Shown piece by piece: positions 1 to 11,897 of a stretch of DNA of 64,000 nucleotides. The notes below the pieces were generated by a model. The model was given only the letters and a program-made list of their open reading frames with translations, did not search any database and had not been told where the DNA came from. How positions within the stretch are numbered: position 1 is the first letter of the stretch; each line of letters opens with the position of its first letter. The stretch is from Mytilus californianus. Its lineage: Eukaryota. The stretch covers positions 22,258,001 through 22,322,000 of the forward strand of contig NW_026262723.1 in the NCBI RefSeq assembly GCF_021869535.1, in the 5' to 3' direction. A program made the position numbers and the translations under genes.

Positions 1-558
1 ACTTTCTTGGGTAAATTGTTAACTTATTCTTGTCCTAGATATGCATCCCATATTTGCTAGTAGACGTTAAGGCAACACCTCTTTTCTATAAAGGAAAACT
101 ATTGCATAGTTATTTATTTTTACTTAAATACAGAATATCTGAACATGTGTGGTAAATAATCGGTACTTGCTGGAATCCAATACGATAAAATTGAGAATGG
201 AAATTGGGAACATATTTTACGCAGTTGATTGTATCCGGTAAAATGCTAAAGCAAGTATTAGAATGGGGGCGAAAATAACATAAGCTATTTACGAGTAAAG
301 GTCGAAATAAAGCGTTCACATAAATACATTAGCTACCTTGTGAACCAAGTCCGCTTATCTTGTGTGAATAAGCGCGTTTAAATTTCAATTCAGCATATCG
401 GACTGGCAGGTGTTATCATATGAAAAAAAACTCTGGTGTATAGTTATCTCAGTGGCAATCATATCACATATCCTCATTTTTGTATGTATAATTCTAAATA
501 ATCGTGCGATATATGTCGTTTGATCTTTAGAATGCAAACCACAACGTCACAGAAATTA

Positions 559-1165
559 CTAGTAAAACATGAAAATAACATTAATACAGAACTCCAAGGA
601 AAATTCAAAACGATAAGTCCCTTAACAAATGGCAAAATCAAAAGCTTAAACACATCAAACAAATGGAAAACAACAGTCATATTCCTGACTTGGTGCAGGC
701 ATTTCCTTATGTAGATAATGGTGGATTAAACCTGGTTTTATAACTAGCTAATCCTCTCACTTGTATGACAGTCGCATAACATTCCATTATATTGACAACA
801 ATGTGTGAGCAAAACAAACAGACATAATAGGTAAAAATGTCTAAAATTGGGGTACAGCAATCAACATTGTGTTATAATAAACAAACAACTATGTCAATAA
901 AGAAAACCAAAATGGCATGTAGACACTCTATAGACAAAACACATACGCAAAAATGTTAAAATATACAAAGACAAATAAAAAGAACACTGGTATCTTCCGA
1001 TGAACTTTTTTAGAAAAAGAACGAGACGTTCTTTGACATAACCCTGGTTCATCAACTTTCTGCTCAGACACTGGTGACGTTTTATAAAGCCTGACTAGAG
1101 CTGCAAGCTCCTGGATACCGAATGAGTTGGGAAATGTATATCCCATATGCAGGTGAAGTTGGTGA
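559..1165 (-). mobile_element. 5'-truncated retroelement (probably Penelope-like): RT C-terminus plus 3' tail
   Basis: Minus-strand frames give YISQLIRYPGACSS and KRHQCLSRKLMNQGYVKERLVLFLKKFIGRYQ, continuous with a tail sequence that recurs at 7410-7482, 25860-25925, 36840-37117 and 43425-43680. The clade assignment is from motif recall. Confidence 0.75.
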
Positions 1166-1382
1166 AGTAAACAATTAGTTTATTACTTGAGTATCTTTTT
1201 TTTTTCTTCATTTCAAGTAATTGCATTCGCCAAAGTCCGCCAAAACAAATATTCATTACATGCAATCTCGTTCTTTATATTTTAAGATCTCTTGTTTTGT
1301 TTTACAAACGGCCCTCTATTGTTCCTGGAAAACAGCTAGGACATACTCTTATCAAAACTTAAAATTATGAAGGAAGAAATAC

Positions 1383-4300
1383 CTTAATACATATATCTTG
1401 TAAACCTTGAAAAAATTGTGGTGAGGCAAAGTTATCTCCTCCCTCTCCCTGTATTGGCTCTATAACAATCCCAACAATCGGTTCACTCTTTTTCTTCCAC
1501 GTTTCAATTAAATCTTCAACCTTAAAATGATATACATAAATTGAATTAGTAAGACACATAAGGTAATTCTAAATTTCTTAATCATTAATTAAATAAAAGG
1601 CCATACGTCCGATAAAGCTTTTGCATAAAACGTGCTTGCACATGTAAATTACATCTTTTATTTTTATGAAATTTTGTTAAATACCTAAATCAAATTACTA
1701 TGAAAACGAAAGAGCGTATGTATCAGTGAAATTTTCAGACATTTTAATGCAAATACGTGTGGATTTGAAAAAAACTTCAGCTGTTTAGCGAAATAAGACT
1801 TATGTTATACATAAGTTAGACATTATTCCCCCAGAATAATAAGATTGATTTGTATTTAACGCCACTTTCAGCACTGTTGGCTCTTTTGTGGCGGCCAGTT
1901 TTTATTGGTGGAAGAAACCGGAGTGCCCGGAGAGAACCACCGACCACCGGTATGAAAACTGACAATCCCAGTCAATTAAGACTTGAGTCGAATGCACCTG
2001 CCAAGTGCGGGACTCGAATTCACAACTTTAGTGTAATACGCATAATAATACGAAACAAATCAGCTAATATATACAACAAAGATTAAACTTAAACTTTCTT
2101 ATGCACATTAAGCCCATATTTGATTTTATTTCTGTTCATAATTACAAACATTTATAAATAAAATATATATTATAATAATAATCATGACATAAAAAAAAAT
2201 CTATTCTTTATAGGATAAAACTAATCTAAACCGTGGAGAAAAACATCTTTATTTACTTTTTATTTTTTTGGTATGATGTACCAAAATAAAAACAAAGTTA
2301 TAAAAAAATTATTGTGTTTAAAGCGAAGATTGTATATTTCCATAACAATAGAGTACAATATACTACCTCTTCAAGGCATCGTTTCTCCTCGGCTTGATTC
2401 TCCCTGACGTTGTCCTCTAAAGGATACTTTAACATTGGAAAAGTAGCAATAGGCCATTTAGGTTGTGGTAAATCTAGTTTATGCATCGGTTTAGTATGTG
2501 TAAGAGCTAATGCACCTACAAAGTTAGATTAATTGTGTTTTTTCTTAAAATTAAATAAAAAAGAAAGACAACGGCAATTTAGGTGCAATAGAAAAAATGT
2601 AGAAAAATGATAACTTCGTTTCAATGTTTCGATACAACTACCATGTAGTTGTCTAAATGCTATACTAAGTAATGAAAAACAAGGCGTAATCTATTTTAAG
2701 GCGTTAGACCCAGAAATATGTTTCTTTTAATATGGAAACACCCTATAGCAACGTGTGGTATAAAATGTTACAAATTTACTATAAGAAATAAGCCTTCTTG
2801 AATTATCAAACACTGATCCTACATACCCATAGTACGCCCATGAAAAGCATTTTTAAAAGACAATACAGACAAATTAGGGGTGCCTGGAAGTTCATTTGTT
2901 TTACACGATTGAAGTTCCTCTTGTGTTGGTGGAGCGCCTCCTCGTTTTCTTCTCTACAATTCAAAAAAAGACGTGCGAAGTAAAAGTAGGTTGCTTACAG
3001 AAATGACATTTTTCTAATTTGTCAAGTTATAAAAGTGAAAATTTCAACGTGCGTGTCTCCTTGAAAAAAATATAATATATTACGGAAACTTCACAAGATA
3101 TAATGTAAAGAAATGAAGACACCATTGGCATTTCGATCAACTGTTAAAAATAATCATTCGTAATTAATATTTTACCTGAAAAGCAATGAACATTGCCTTC
3201 TGTGCATGTTCAACTGAGCATGCTCCACATGCCATGGTCTGTACTTCAGAAAGACCAGGCGGTGCAACCTATATAAACAATTGAAGTTCATTAATACTAT
3301 GCTTACCTTGCTATGTATCAGCAACATTTACATGAAGGTTTTTAGAATGCAAATCCATACAAAATCATATATTACATACTCGAAAACTTTACCTCGTTTT
3401 GGATGGTTGAACAATATATTTCATGTGATGACGTTCAGACAATACCCCCCTCGTTATTAGACATTGACGAAAGAATCCATTGCCAGTCGCTGGTATAATA
3501 AAAAATCAATGTTTCTTCCATACTTCTAGCAGAAAATGACTTCTCACCTGAAAATCTCTCACACCGTAGCACTTAACATTGTACAGTTCCGGATTAAATA
3601 TTAAATCAATCGCTATAAATATAGTATATAATAATCCTTGTTAAAAAAGACGGCTATTACGTTACAAAGGTAACGGACAGACGGACACAAAAAAAATCCG
3701 TTCTTTATGTTAATATGGAAAAGTAATTCAATGTAACCTATTGGTTGTGTATGCAAACTACTATACAAAACCGACAGTTACATAAACAATGCGTTTTTTT
3801 AACAATAATACAGTTCAGTTGATATGAAATATTAGGTCTCAATGTAGTCACCCTGTCATCTATGTACGCTCAATTACTTAAGAAGTTCTTTGTACAAATT
3901 GATGTTTACATGTTATAGCTAACTCGTGTTTTCATTTTCATTCTGTTTTTGTTTCATTTCCAACAGTATAAATTTTGACAAATGCTCAATTAATCAATTT
4001 TGTTACTTTGTAATTTTTAACCCCTTCTGATACAGTTGGACTCGCACAGTTTTGGTTATTCTTTGTATGCAGTTTTGATTACACAGCTCTTCACATATAT
4101 CTTACACTTTATAAACATTGGGTTTCGAACGTTCATGAAGAAGGTTAATTCAAAAAATAAATTTGGACGCAGCAAATTTGCTAGGTTTTATTTTGATATT
4201 TTCTATTCTTGATTCAAGTTTAATCTTTTCCTTTCTTAACATAATAACTATAGTCTCAGAGAATAGAATAACTATCACATATATAAATTTAGAAATTAAC

Positions 4301-7300
4301 TTTGGTTTCAATTATGACACTTTCAAATTAGTGTTCTGAATAAATACGTACCGCTAACAGTGATGTTTGTAATCTTGTGATCCAATCTCGGGGTGGGTAA
4401 CATCCTAGTGCTGGTCGGTTTACAAAAGTGGACTGAAAAATAAAAAAGCTTGTGGTGGGTAACATCCTATTGCTGGTCGGTTTACAAAAGTGGACTGAAA
4501 AATAAAACATCAAAAACATGCAGCAGAATCCTGAAAAATTTTAAGAACAAAGAGAAAAATATTTTTATTCAAAAAATATTTCTGTAATTTGTAAGTAAGT
4601 TATCAATGTCCGCTAAATGAGAGTAAAAAAATCCAACGTTCGACCTTAACCCGTCAATAACATCAAATGTCAAACAGGAAAAGATATATTTTTCGAAGAT
4701 TACGCCAAAAATCGATGACATTAGATTGAATTCATAGACTTTTACATGATATACGCGAAAGGAAATTGATTGCCATGTGTACATGTTATTAAAAAGAATC
4801 TAACACTTTTTCAACAAGAATGTTACAGACAGCGATGAATATAATTGTCTTTCTATTTATTCTAAATCATGTAGAGCCAACTATATTGGAATACAATAAC
4901 TCTGCTATTTCACAGGAATATTCTATTGATGTTAAAGTCTTCTTTTTCTGTTTCTTTTTTAAATGGTTCTATAAGCAATAATAAAAATTGTTTCTTTGTC
5001 AAAGTAATTTACTTAGTATCATGAAATTTCGATGTTTGATAAGCTTTTATAATTCTAAATATATATTATTATTCAAATTTCTATAACTGCACTGTAGTTA
5101 TTTTTCTTTAAAAACAAAAGTTGGCCTCATAATAGTTATCAAAGGTACCAGGATTATAATTTGATACGCCAGATGCGCGTTACGTCTACATAAGACTCAT
5201 CAGTGACGCTCAGATCAAAATAGTTAAAAAGCCAAACAAGTATAAAGTTGAAGAGCATTGTTTCAGTTTAGAAATACAGTGTATAACCGCCAATCATATA
5301 GATATACACAAAACACAAAAATTCGAGAAATTTCAAGGATACCAAACCTGACTATTAAAAAGCATCCTCAGTTATTTAAAATTATGACTTGCAGCAGTAA
5401 ACATTGATTTGAATTTGAAGCAAAATATTTTTATTATAAAACATACAAGGTTGAGTATTGTATTTATTTCTGTGAGTCGAACACATCTCTAAGTCCGATA
5501 CAATGAAAATCAGCGAAACAAAAATAAAAAAAGAAAATTATAAAATGGTACCAAATTGCCAATAAAAAAAACCAGCATGACCAAAAATCACTCTTCTTTC
5601 CAAGCGCGTGTCATTTAAATTCTAAAACCCTCATATAAAAAGAGGAAGGTTTTTTAAACATTCACTATCGAAGTTGTACAATCATCATTAAATGATGTGC
5701 TTAATAATTGAGAGGCAACAGCAACCTAAATTCGTAAATCCAACAGAATATACAAGTCCATCAGAAACAACTGAGGGAATCGCATGAACTCAATAAGGAG
5801 CGAGTCCGTCTGCGTCGACAGGAAAAGGCCCCTCCGGCTAGACATGCAACATCGGCCATGCGAATCCGCCATGCTACACGACTATTCTTTTTTTTAAGAT
5901 CGACAAGTTGGAACGAATAAAAATAATAATAAGTAATAAAAAGCAGGAAGAGTCTAAATGGTACTGTTTTATAATACAAACATACCAAATTGTCTTCATT
6001 CTTCACAGCATCAATCAAACTCTGGTGGTTATAGCCTGAGGAAAAGGAAAATACAAATCGATGTTATAGTTTTCATGCCTTATGATAAAAACCAGTTTAA
6101 TATGATTTATAGTCAAAAAGGTGAAGAAGATACCAATGTGAAGGCTGACGTCTGATGGGTGTTTTGGACTTGCAAACGGTGGTCAGACGTCAGAGCTATC
6201 TCGGACTACTCTTTGTGGAGAATGGTGGCATACCTATTGTAATAGGTGGAACATACTCATTCATAACTACCCTTTTGTGTAAAATGGTACATACCTATGG
6301 GAATAGAAGCAATCTGTGTGTACAGATCCAACAAACAATTATCGTCAACGTCAACAAGGTAGTTCCCGTAACTCTTGTCATAGTCAGCAAAGAACTGTAC
6401 CGCTCCTGTATTCTGTAATGATAATCATTCATAAATATAAATAATAAATAATCCTTGAAACCAATATGGTGAAATCTAGGTCACTTGTATTGCAAGGTTG
6501 GTGTCTCTTAAACGACCTTTTTTTTAATTTCTGTTAGCCATTTAGTTAGAACTGATGTTAAAATTGAAAATTAAAAGATATATCCATATTCTAAATATTT
6601 TAAGGAAACTTTTTTGCTGCTGAAACAGTGATTTTTTTAATTGTTAATGTCGTGAACGCATGTTTTTTCTTTTATTTCTCTATTCAAAAGGTTGACAAGG
6701 GTGTAGAAATATGGTCTTCCTTTGGGCATCACTCGTTCAGCAGTAAAACTATTGATAACGGGCGTCCGTTCGGCTGTCAGGGATGTATCTATACGCATCT
6801 ACTATATATAAAAAAAGAAGATGTGGTATGATTGCCAATGAGACAACTCTCCACAAGAGACCAAATGACACAGAAATTAACAACTATAGGTCACCGTACG
6901 GCCTTCAACAATGAGCAAAGCCCAGACCGCACAGTCAGCTATAAAAGGCCCCGAAATGACAATGTAAAACAATTCAAACAAGAAAACTAACGGCCTAATT
7001 TATGTACAAATTATGAACGAAAAACAAATATGTAACACATAAACAAACGACAACCACTGAATTACAGGCTCCTGACTTGGGACAGGCACATACATACAGA
7101 ATGTGGCGGGGTTAACATGTTAGCGGGACCCCAACACTCCCCCTAACCTGGGAAAGTGGTGTAACAGTACAACTAAGAACGAACTATAAAAATCAGTTGA
7201 AAAAGGCTTAACTCATCAGATGGAGAAAAATACAAATAATACAAATACAAATAATACGTCCGCTCAGAATAAAGACGTTGATTCCGATACCTCTTTTGCA

Positions 7301-9184
7301 GAGAGTGCCACATTCTGTGTGTGCACGTTAAAGAGCCCTTGCAAGAACACTAATGGGTCCGTAGATCGCCTGATAGAGGCATAATTTCAGCCCAAATCCA
7401 ATATACTCTAATTGTCATTGTCAAGGGACTTTTCGTTTTGAATTTTCCTTGGAGTTCGATATTTTTGTTGTTTTACTTTTTTTCAGTGGCAGTAGAAATT
7501 CATAGTAGTGCATCAAGATAGAACTACTTTACAGAACCTATCTATCTTATTGATTGTTAAACTTTCATGAAAATACATGAGATATTTGCCATTGGACGTT
7601 AAGCAAACGGAAATCATCTAACCTCAAAGTCTCCTTACACCTTACACCCTACACGTAATCTACAAAAAAAAAATTTTAAACATTGCTCCTCAAATGAAAA
7701 AGGGTATTAATTGTTTGTCTTGATCGTCCTTGTGAATTCCTTTGTGATGACATTGATCACATTAACCAATTTAGTAACACTTTCTTCGTTCTCTCAGGCT
7801 CGTATCGATAATTCCAAATACCCTAAATAATATTGGATGTATGTTTACTTTGTCATTTGTTTACATTTTATGTTACTAGCATCTAAAAAATTGATTCTCG
7901 AATAATCTGATATTGTCTTCTTGGTTATTGAAAGCAACGGACAGGATTATTTCCTTATCGGATAGGTTAGTTTCCCTGTATAAGATCCTAATGCCATATT
8001 TTACACAATCTAATTAAAAATAGACCTCGATCCGTTCTTGCTATTATGTTTCGTCGCAGAAAGCCCACACAGTGACTTAGCATAGAAAGTGAGCAAGTGC
8101 GGATATCTAAGTTTTAATTAAATTGTATTTTACAAGAGATTGTAAAACATGATGATGCAGTGTAAATATTTATCTCATTCATGAGGTTTTAAAACAAAAC
8201 TTGATTAGAAACAAAATTTTAAAAAAGTAGTAGTATATTTACACGAGGTTTTAAAAGTTGAAAATGTTATTCGAGGCACCAAAACCCGGTTAAGGAGAAA
8301 ACACATGTATCCCAAACTGATGCAGAATATTTCAACGACGCTAACACACCATATTTTGAAGAAATATAACACCTTGAACAAACCTGAATACGATCCAATT
8401 CTTTTAACAGTTGTCGAGACTTTGGTCCAGGAATTTCTGTTCGAACGTTAGGAGACGATGGCTCAGTTGTTGCAATTTTTTGTGAACAATAAGCTGGTCT
8501 ATGAAAAGCTGAAAAAAGTTTGTAGATGGTACAATACAACATGTGTATACATACTGTTAGTATATATTTGATATAGTTCATATGTACATAGTTAACTATT
8601 CAATGAATCATGTTCACTGTCAAGAAAAAGTGCAGTGAAATGATTATCTGGTCATAGGGTCTCTGGTACACTGTTAATATTAAGACTGTGTACTTTTTGC
8701 TTTTTAGTTGTATGTAAGCGCTTCGGACGAACGAGATGTATATGTTATTCTCGTTTTGAAATGAAGCTACTGTATATTTATTATTAATTAGGGGTTGTCT
8801 CACACGGCTCATCGTATTTTTCCTACATTCAATCAGGGTTATGATAATGTCACCAAAATTACACAAATTGTACATGTACATGTATCTAAATGACCTTAAT
8901 CTTGAGAGTTGCTTGCGACAGAAATCAATTTCATTAATGTTTTGAACAAAGATTATTTTACGCTTTAATTAATAAAATTACATTTTCACGATTGACGAAA
9001 AAGACTGTGATTTTGTTTACGGTACCATGTTTACACACATGTCATTTATTTCTTTCTCTACAATTCGACATCAACAACAAATCAATAAACAGATGAAAAT
9101 AAAAGAAAAATATCACTCACCTTGTGAACTTCTGAGTGGATTAAACCTAATGAAAGAAAGGCAATTTTTAGTATAGCAATGCAT
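1383..9184 (-). CDS. ABAT: 4-aminobutyrate aminotransferase (GABA transaminase), mitochondrial; 5' 315 codons, remaining exons beyond the left edge
   Basis: Exons (minus): 9184-9121, 8508-8384, 6412-6295, 6035-5986, 4432-4352, 3268-3176, 2953-2827, 2515-2367, 1520-1383. All junctions are GT-AG with matching phases (945 nt). Translation includes [26 protein letters not shown] (presequence-like), [60 protein letters not shown] and [11 protein letters not shown], colinear with animal ABAT. The DEVQTG and PLP-lysine exons were not found in 1-1382. Confidence 0.96.
1845..2035 (-). mobile_element. tRNA-derived SINE with V-domain-like core
   Basis: Minus strand has B-box-like GAATTCGAGTCCC and GGTTCTCTCCGGGCACTCCGGTTTCTTCC, which matches the V-SINE core motif. 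Confidence 0.7.
4392..4507 (-). repeat. 54-bp direct duplication of the ABAT exon-5 acceptor plus first 41 exon nt
   Basis: 4392-4445 and 4454-4507 differ at one base; 8-bp spacer aagcttgt. Confidence 0.95.
5131..5270 (-). mobile_element. Short interspersed repeat carrying a degenerate minimal type I hammerhead ribozyme
   Basis: Minus strand: gcgtca-CTGATGA-gtct(tatgt)agac-GTAA-c-gcgc-aTC-tggcgt; GAAA is mutated to GTAA. Same family at 21990-22140. Confidence 0.75.
6800..7253. mobile_element. Abundant interspersed repeat (aagaagatgtggtatgattgccaatgagacaact family)
   Basis: Near-identical stretches recur at 10415-10947, 19690-19820 (inverted), 25681-26130 (inverted), 45905-46258 (inverted) and 49121-49690. 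Confidence 0.85.
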
Positions 9185-9859
9185 CTCGTAAAATGGGTTA
9201 AGCTTATGTGTACACATCCATGTTTGTTTCTGTTGAACAAGTATCTTATTATCAGGTCATTTACACGAATAGATAGATTACATTTAAGTCCCGCAGAACT
9301 TAAATAACTTATATTGATTGATTTGCTGTTTGCTTAACGTCCAGTGGTAAATATGTCATGTATGTTCATTAATAATAAATACAATATGAAGGTCCTTTTA
9401 TAGAGGCCGGCCGTCCAGGTTGAAGGCCGAGGAAATTTGGGCTGCCACTGGAAAATAAAGGTATACTTGATATGGACAGAAATGTTTCCTTGCAACAAGC
9501 TACATAGGGCCCATCAAAGATCTAGTTGTTGCAAGGGTTTTTAACGTATAGAGAGCGCGGCACTCTCTTTTCACATGGCATCGGATTTATCGTCCCCATT
9601 CTGACCGGACGTGACTGCGTACTTATATATCCCTACGCACAACTAAACGGACGCCTGACTTGGCAAGGGTGTTATTGCCGGTCAGATGGAGGCCAAAGTG
9701 AACATATTTCTATCCCCCATTCACCCTTAGGGTGAAAATAACTTTTTTTTATATAAAAATCTACCAAAAATATTGAATTTCGTTTTTTGTTGTTGTTGTT
9801 TTTATGGTTCAAGGTAAACTTCTAGATAATATGTATGCTCATTCCATTCCAGGTATCTA

Positions 9860-10175
9860 TTTATCGAGTGCGGTAGGAAGTGGGTTTGATCCCCTTTCAT
9901 GTCAAATAAAAGACTTGAAAATTGTGCATTATAAATTAGCATTTTGCTGCTTCTAAGCTAAGCACGCGGCATTTACAAATGATTGATGAGTAAGAGCAAA
10001 AACTGGTCGGCTCGGGGTCACAAAAATGTGCTCGGGTTCCTTATGAAAATAATGCTAAAACTCTGACAAACTTGTCAGTCGAGTACAGAGGAGGGTTAAC
10101 GGTCATATCACATTTAGCCTATTATTGGCCTAAATGCATGTAATATTTGCCATTGGATGTTAAAATCATCACCAT
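9860..10175 (+). mobile_element. tRNA-derived SINE, MetaSINE-like core (tentative)
   Basis: B-box-like GGGTTTGATCCC followed by aaagacttgaaaattg..tttgctgcttctaagctaagcacgcggcattt; second copy at 48222-48397. Confidence 0.6.
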
Positions 10176-11897
10176 CATCATCTGAACTCTAATTTATTTA
10201 AAAATGCCGCTGCTTTCTATCATTTCTTTAATTTTAAGATGAAAAATGCGATTTGTTTTCCTTCAAGTAGTAATCACACAACATATTTGGCATGTGTTGC
10301 TTTTCCGAAAGCTTTGGGAACGGACAAACCAAACGACTACAAAATATTCGATTTTGCAGCATGATTTCCATGTTCGTTGATGGTAAGTATCACGTAGTTG
10401 GATAATTTGCACTATAAAAAATGGAGATGTGCCACCATTTTGTGGTATTGAAACAACGATCCAACAGAGTCCAAACGAAGCGGATTTAAAAATTATAGGT
10501 CACCGCATGGTTTTCAAGAATGTGAAAACCCCATACTTTATACTCAGGTGTAAAAGGCGCCGACGTAACAAAATGTGAAACAATTCAAACGAAAAAAACA
10601 ACAGCCTGTCAGTAATTTATGACAAAACAATTAACGAAAAACATATTTGACAGACAGCAACCCATGACAACCACTGAATAACAGACGACTGACTTTAGAC
10701 AGGCACCTAGAGAATGTGGCGAGTTTAAACATGTCTGTGAGCTCGCAACCCTCCCCTAACCTGGACAGCAGTGATTTAGCACAATAGAACAAACTATGAA
10801 AATCAGTTGCAAACGGCATTACTCATTTTATCGACACGATACAGTACATATGAAATAGAAGATGTGGTATAATTATTAATGAGACAACTCTTAACAACAG
10901 ACCACATGACATAGAAGTTAACAACTATAGGTCACCGTACAGTCTTCATATATGTTTAAATATGTTTCAATTTATCAAATACAAAATCATTATTAGAACC
11001 GATATATATTTGAATACATGTAACGACCAATCGAAGTAAATTATATAATATAATTATTGAAAATAGAGAAAAAAAAATAGTATACCAGTAGTTAAAAAAA
11101 ATAACACTTGATGAATTTGATGCGGCCGAAACACTTTCCTGGATTAACATCGGGAACGCTCAAAACTCAAAAAATTGAAAGTCAAAGATGTACACATATT
11201 TGAATACTTCAGATGCTATACATGAATAAACGGTCCTAAAAAGAATAGCCACATACACCTTAGGACCAACTTATCATATTGTATTCAAATGAATGATAGA
11301 GTTAATGAAACATTACTGTAATATTTTATTAGTCCACAACTAACTTGTAAAGTGTATAATTATTATGAACCAGGTCAAAAAAATAATAAGCATGACTGGC
11401 AATGGTCAACTGAATCGTTTGTATATATGGTTTTAATTTAGTTTAAATCAATTCCCTATCATTGTGATACTGGGCGATTAAATATAAACTTGAATTGCAT
11501 TTTAATACATATTTACAACAAACATGTGACTATTTCTTTATTTTGATTTATGTTAAAAAGAATGTTCCAAATACAAAATCTTTTAGTCTTGCCGCGAATT
11601 ATATGGACACATGATGTCTGCATTATACGTCTGTTGGTGTAGTTCAAATATATTGTACATACCATTATTATTTTTTTTTTATGAAATATTTTTAAGGTTA
11701 AACGATCCTACGTGTATTTAACAACGTGAACAATATCCGACATATGTTCCTATTTTCCGGTTTTCCTTCTGTTTTGAAAAATGATTGATAATAACTAATC
11801 GCCAAACACTTGACTATATCCGATCAACTTGGCTTGACAGATTTTCACTAAATATTTTACTTGCAAATAGGATGTGTAACGTCTAGTTGGGGTAAAC

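Noticed and set aside
3393-3549. TTTTCAG|GTGAG recursive-splice-like site and possible poison exon in ABAT intron 5
   Set aside because: The intron is only about 1.1 kb, such motifs arise by chance, and nothing else supports it.
3425-3551. C box (GTGATGA) and D box (CTGA) snoRNA-like pair
   Set aside because: On the strand opposite the host gene, with a weak terminal stem and no recognisable guide.
7205-7225. CTGATGAG motif (minus strand) in the abundant repeat family, also near 49519
   Set aside because: No stem II followed by GAAA, so not a hammerhead.
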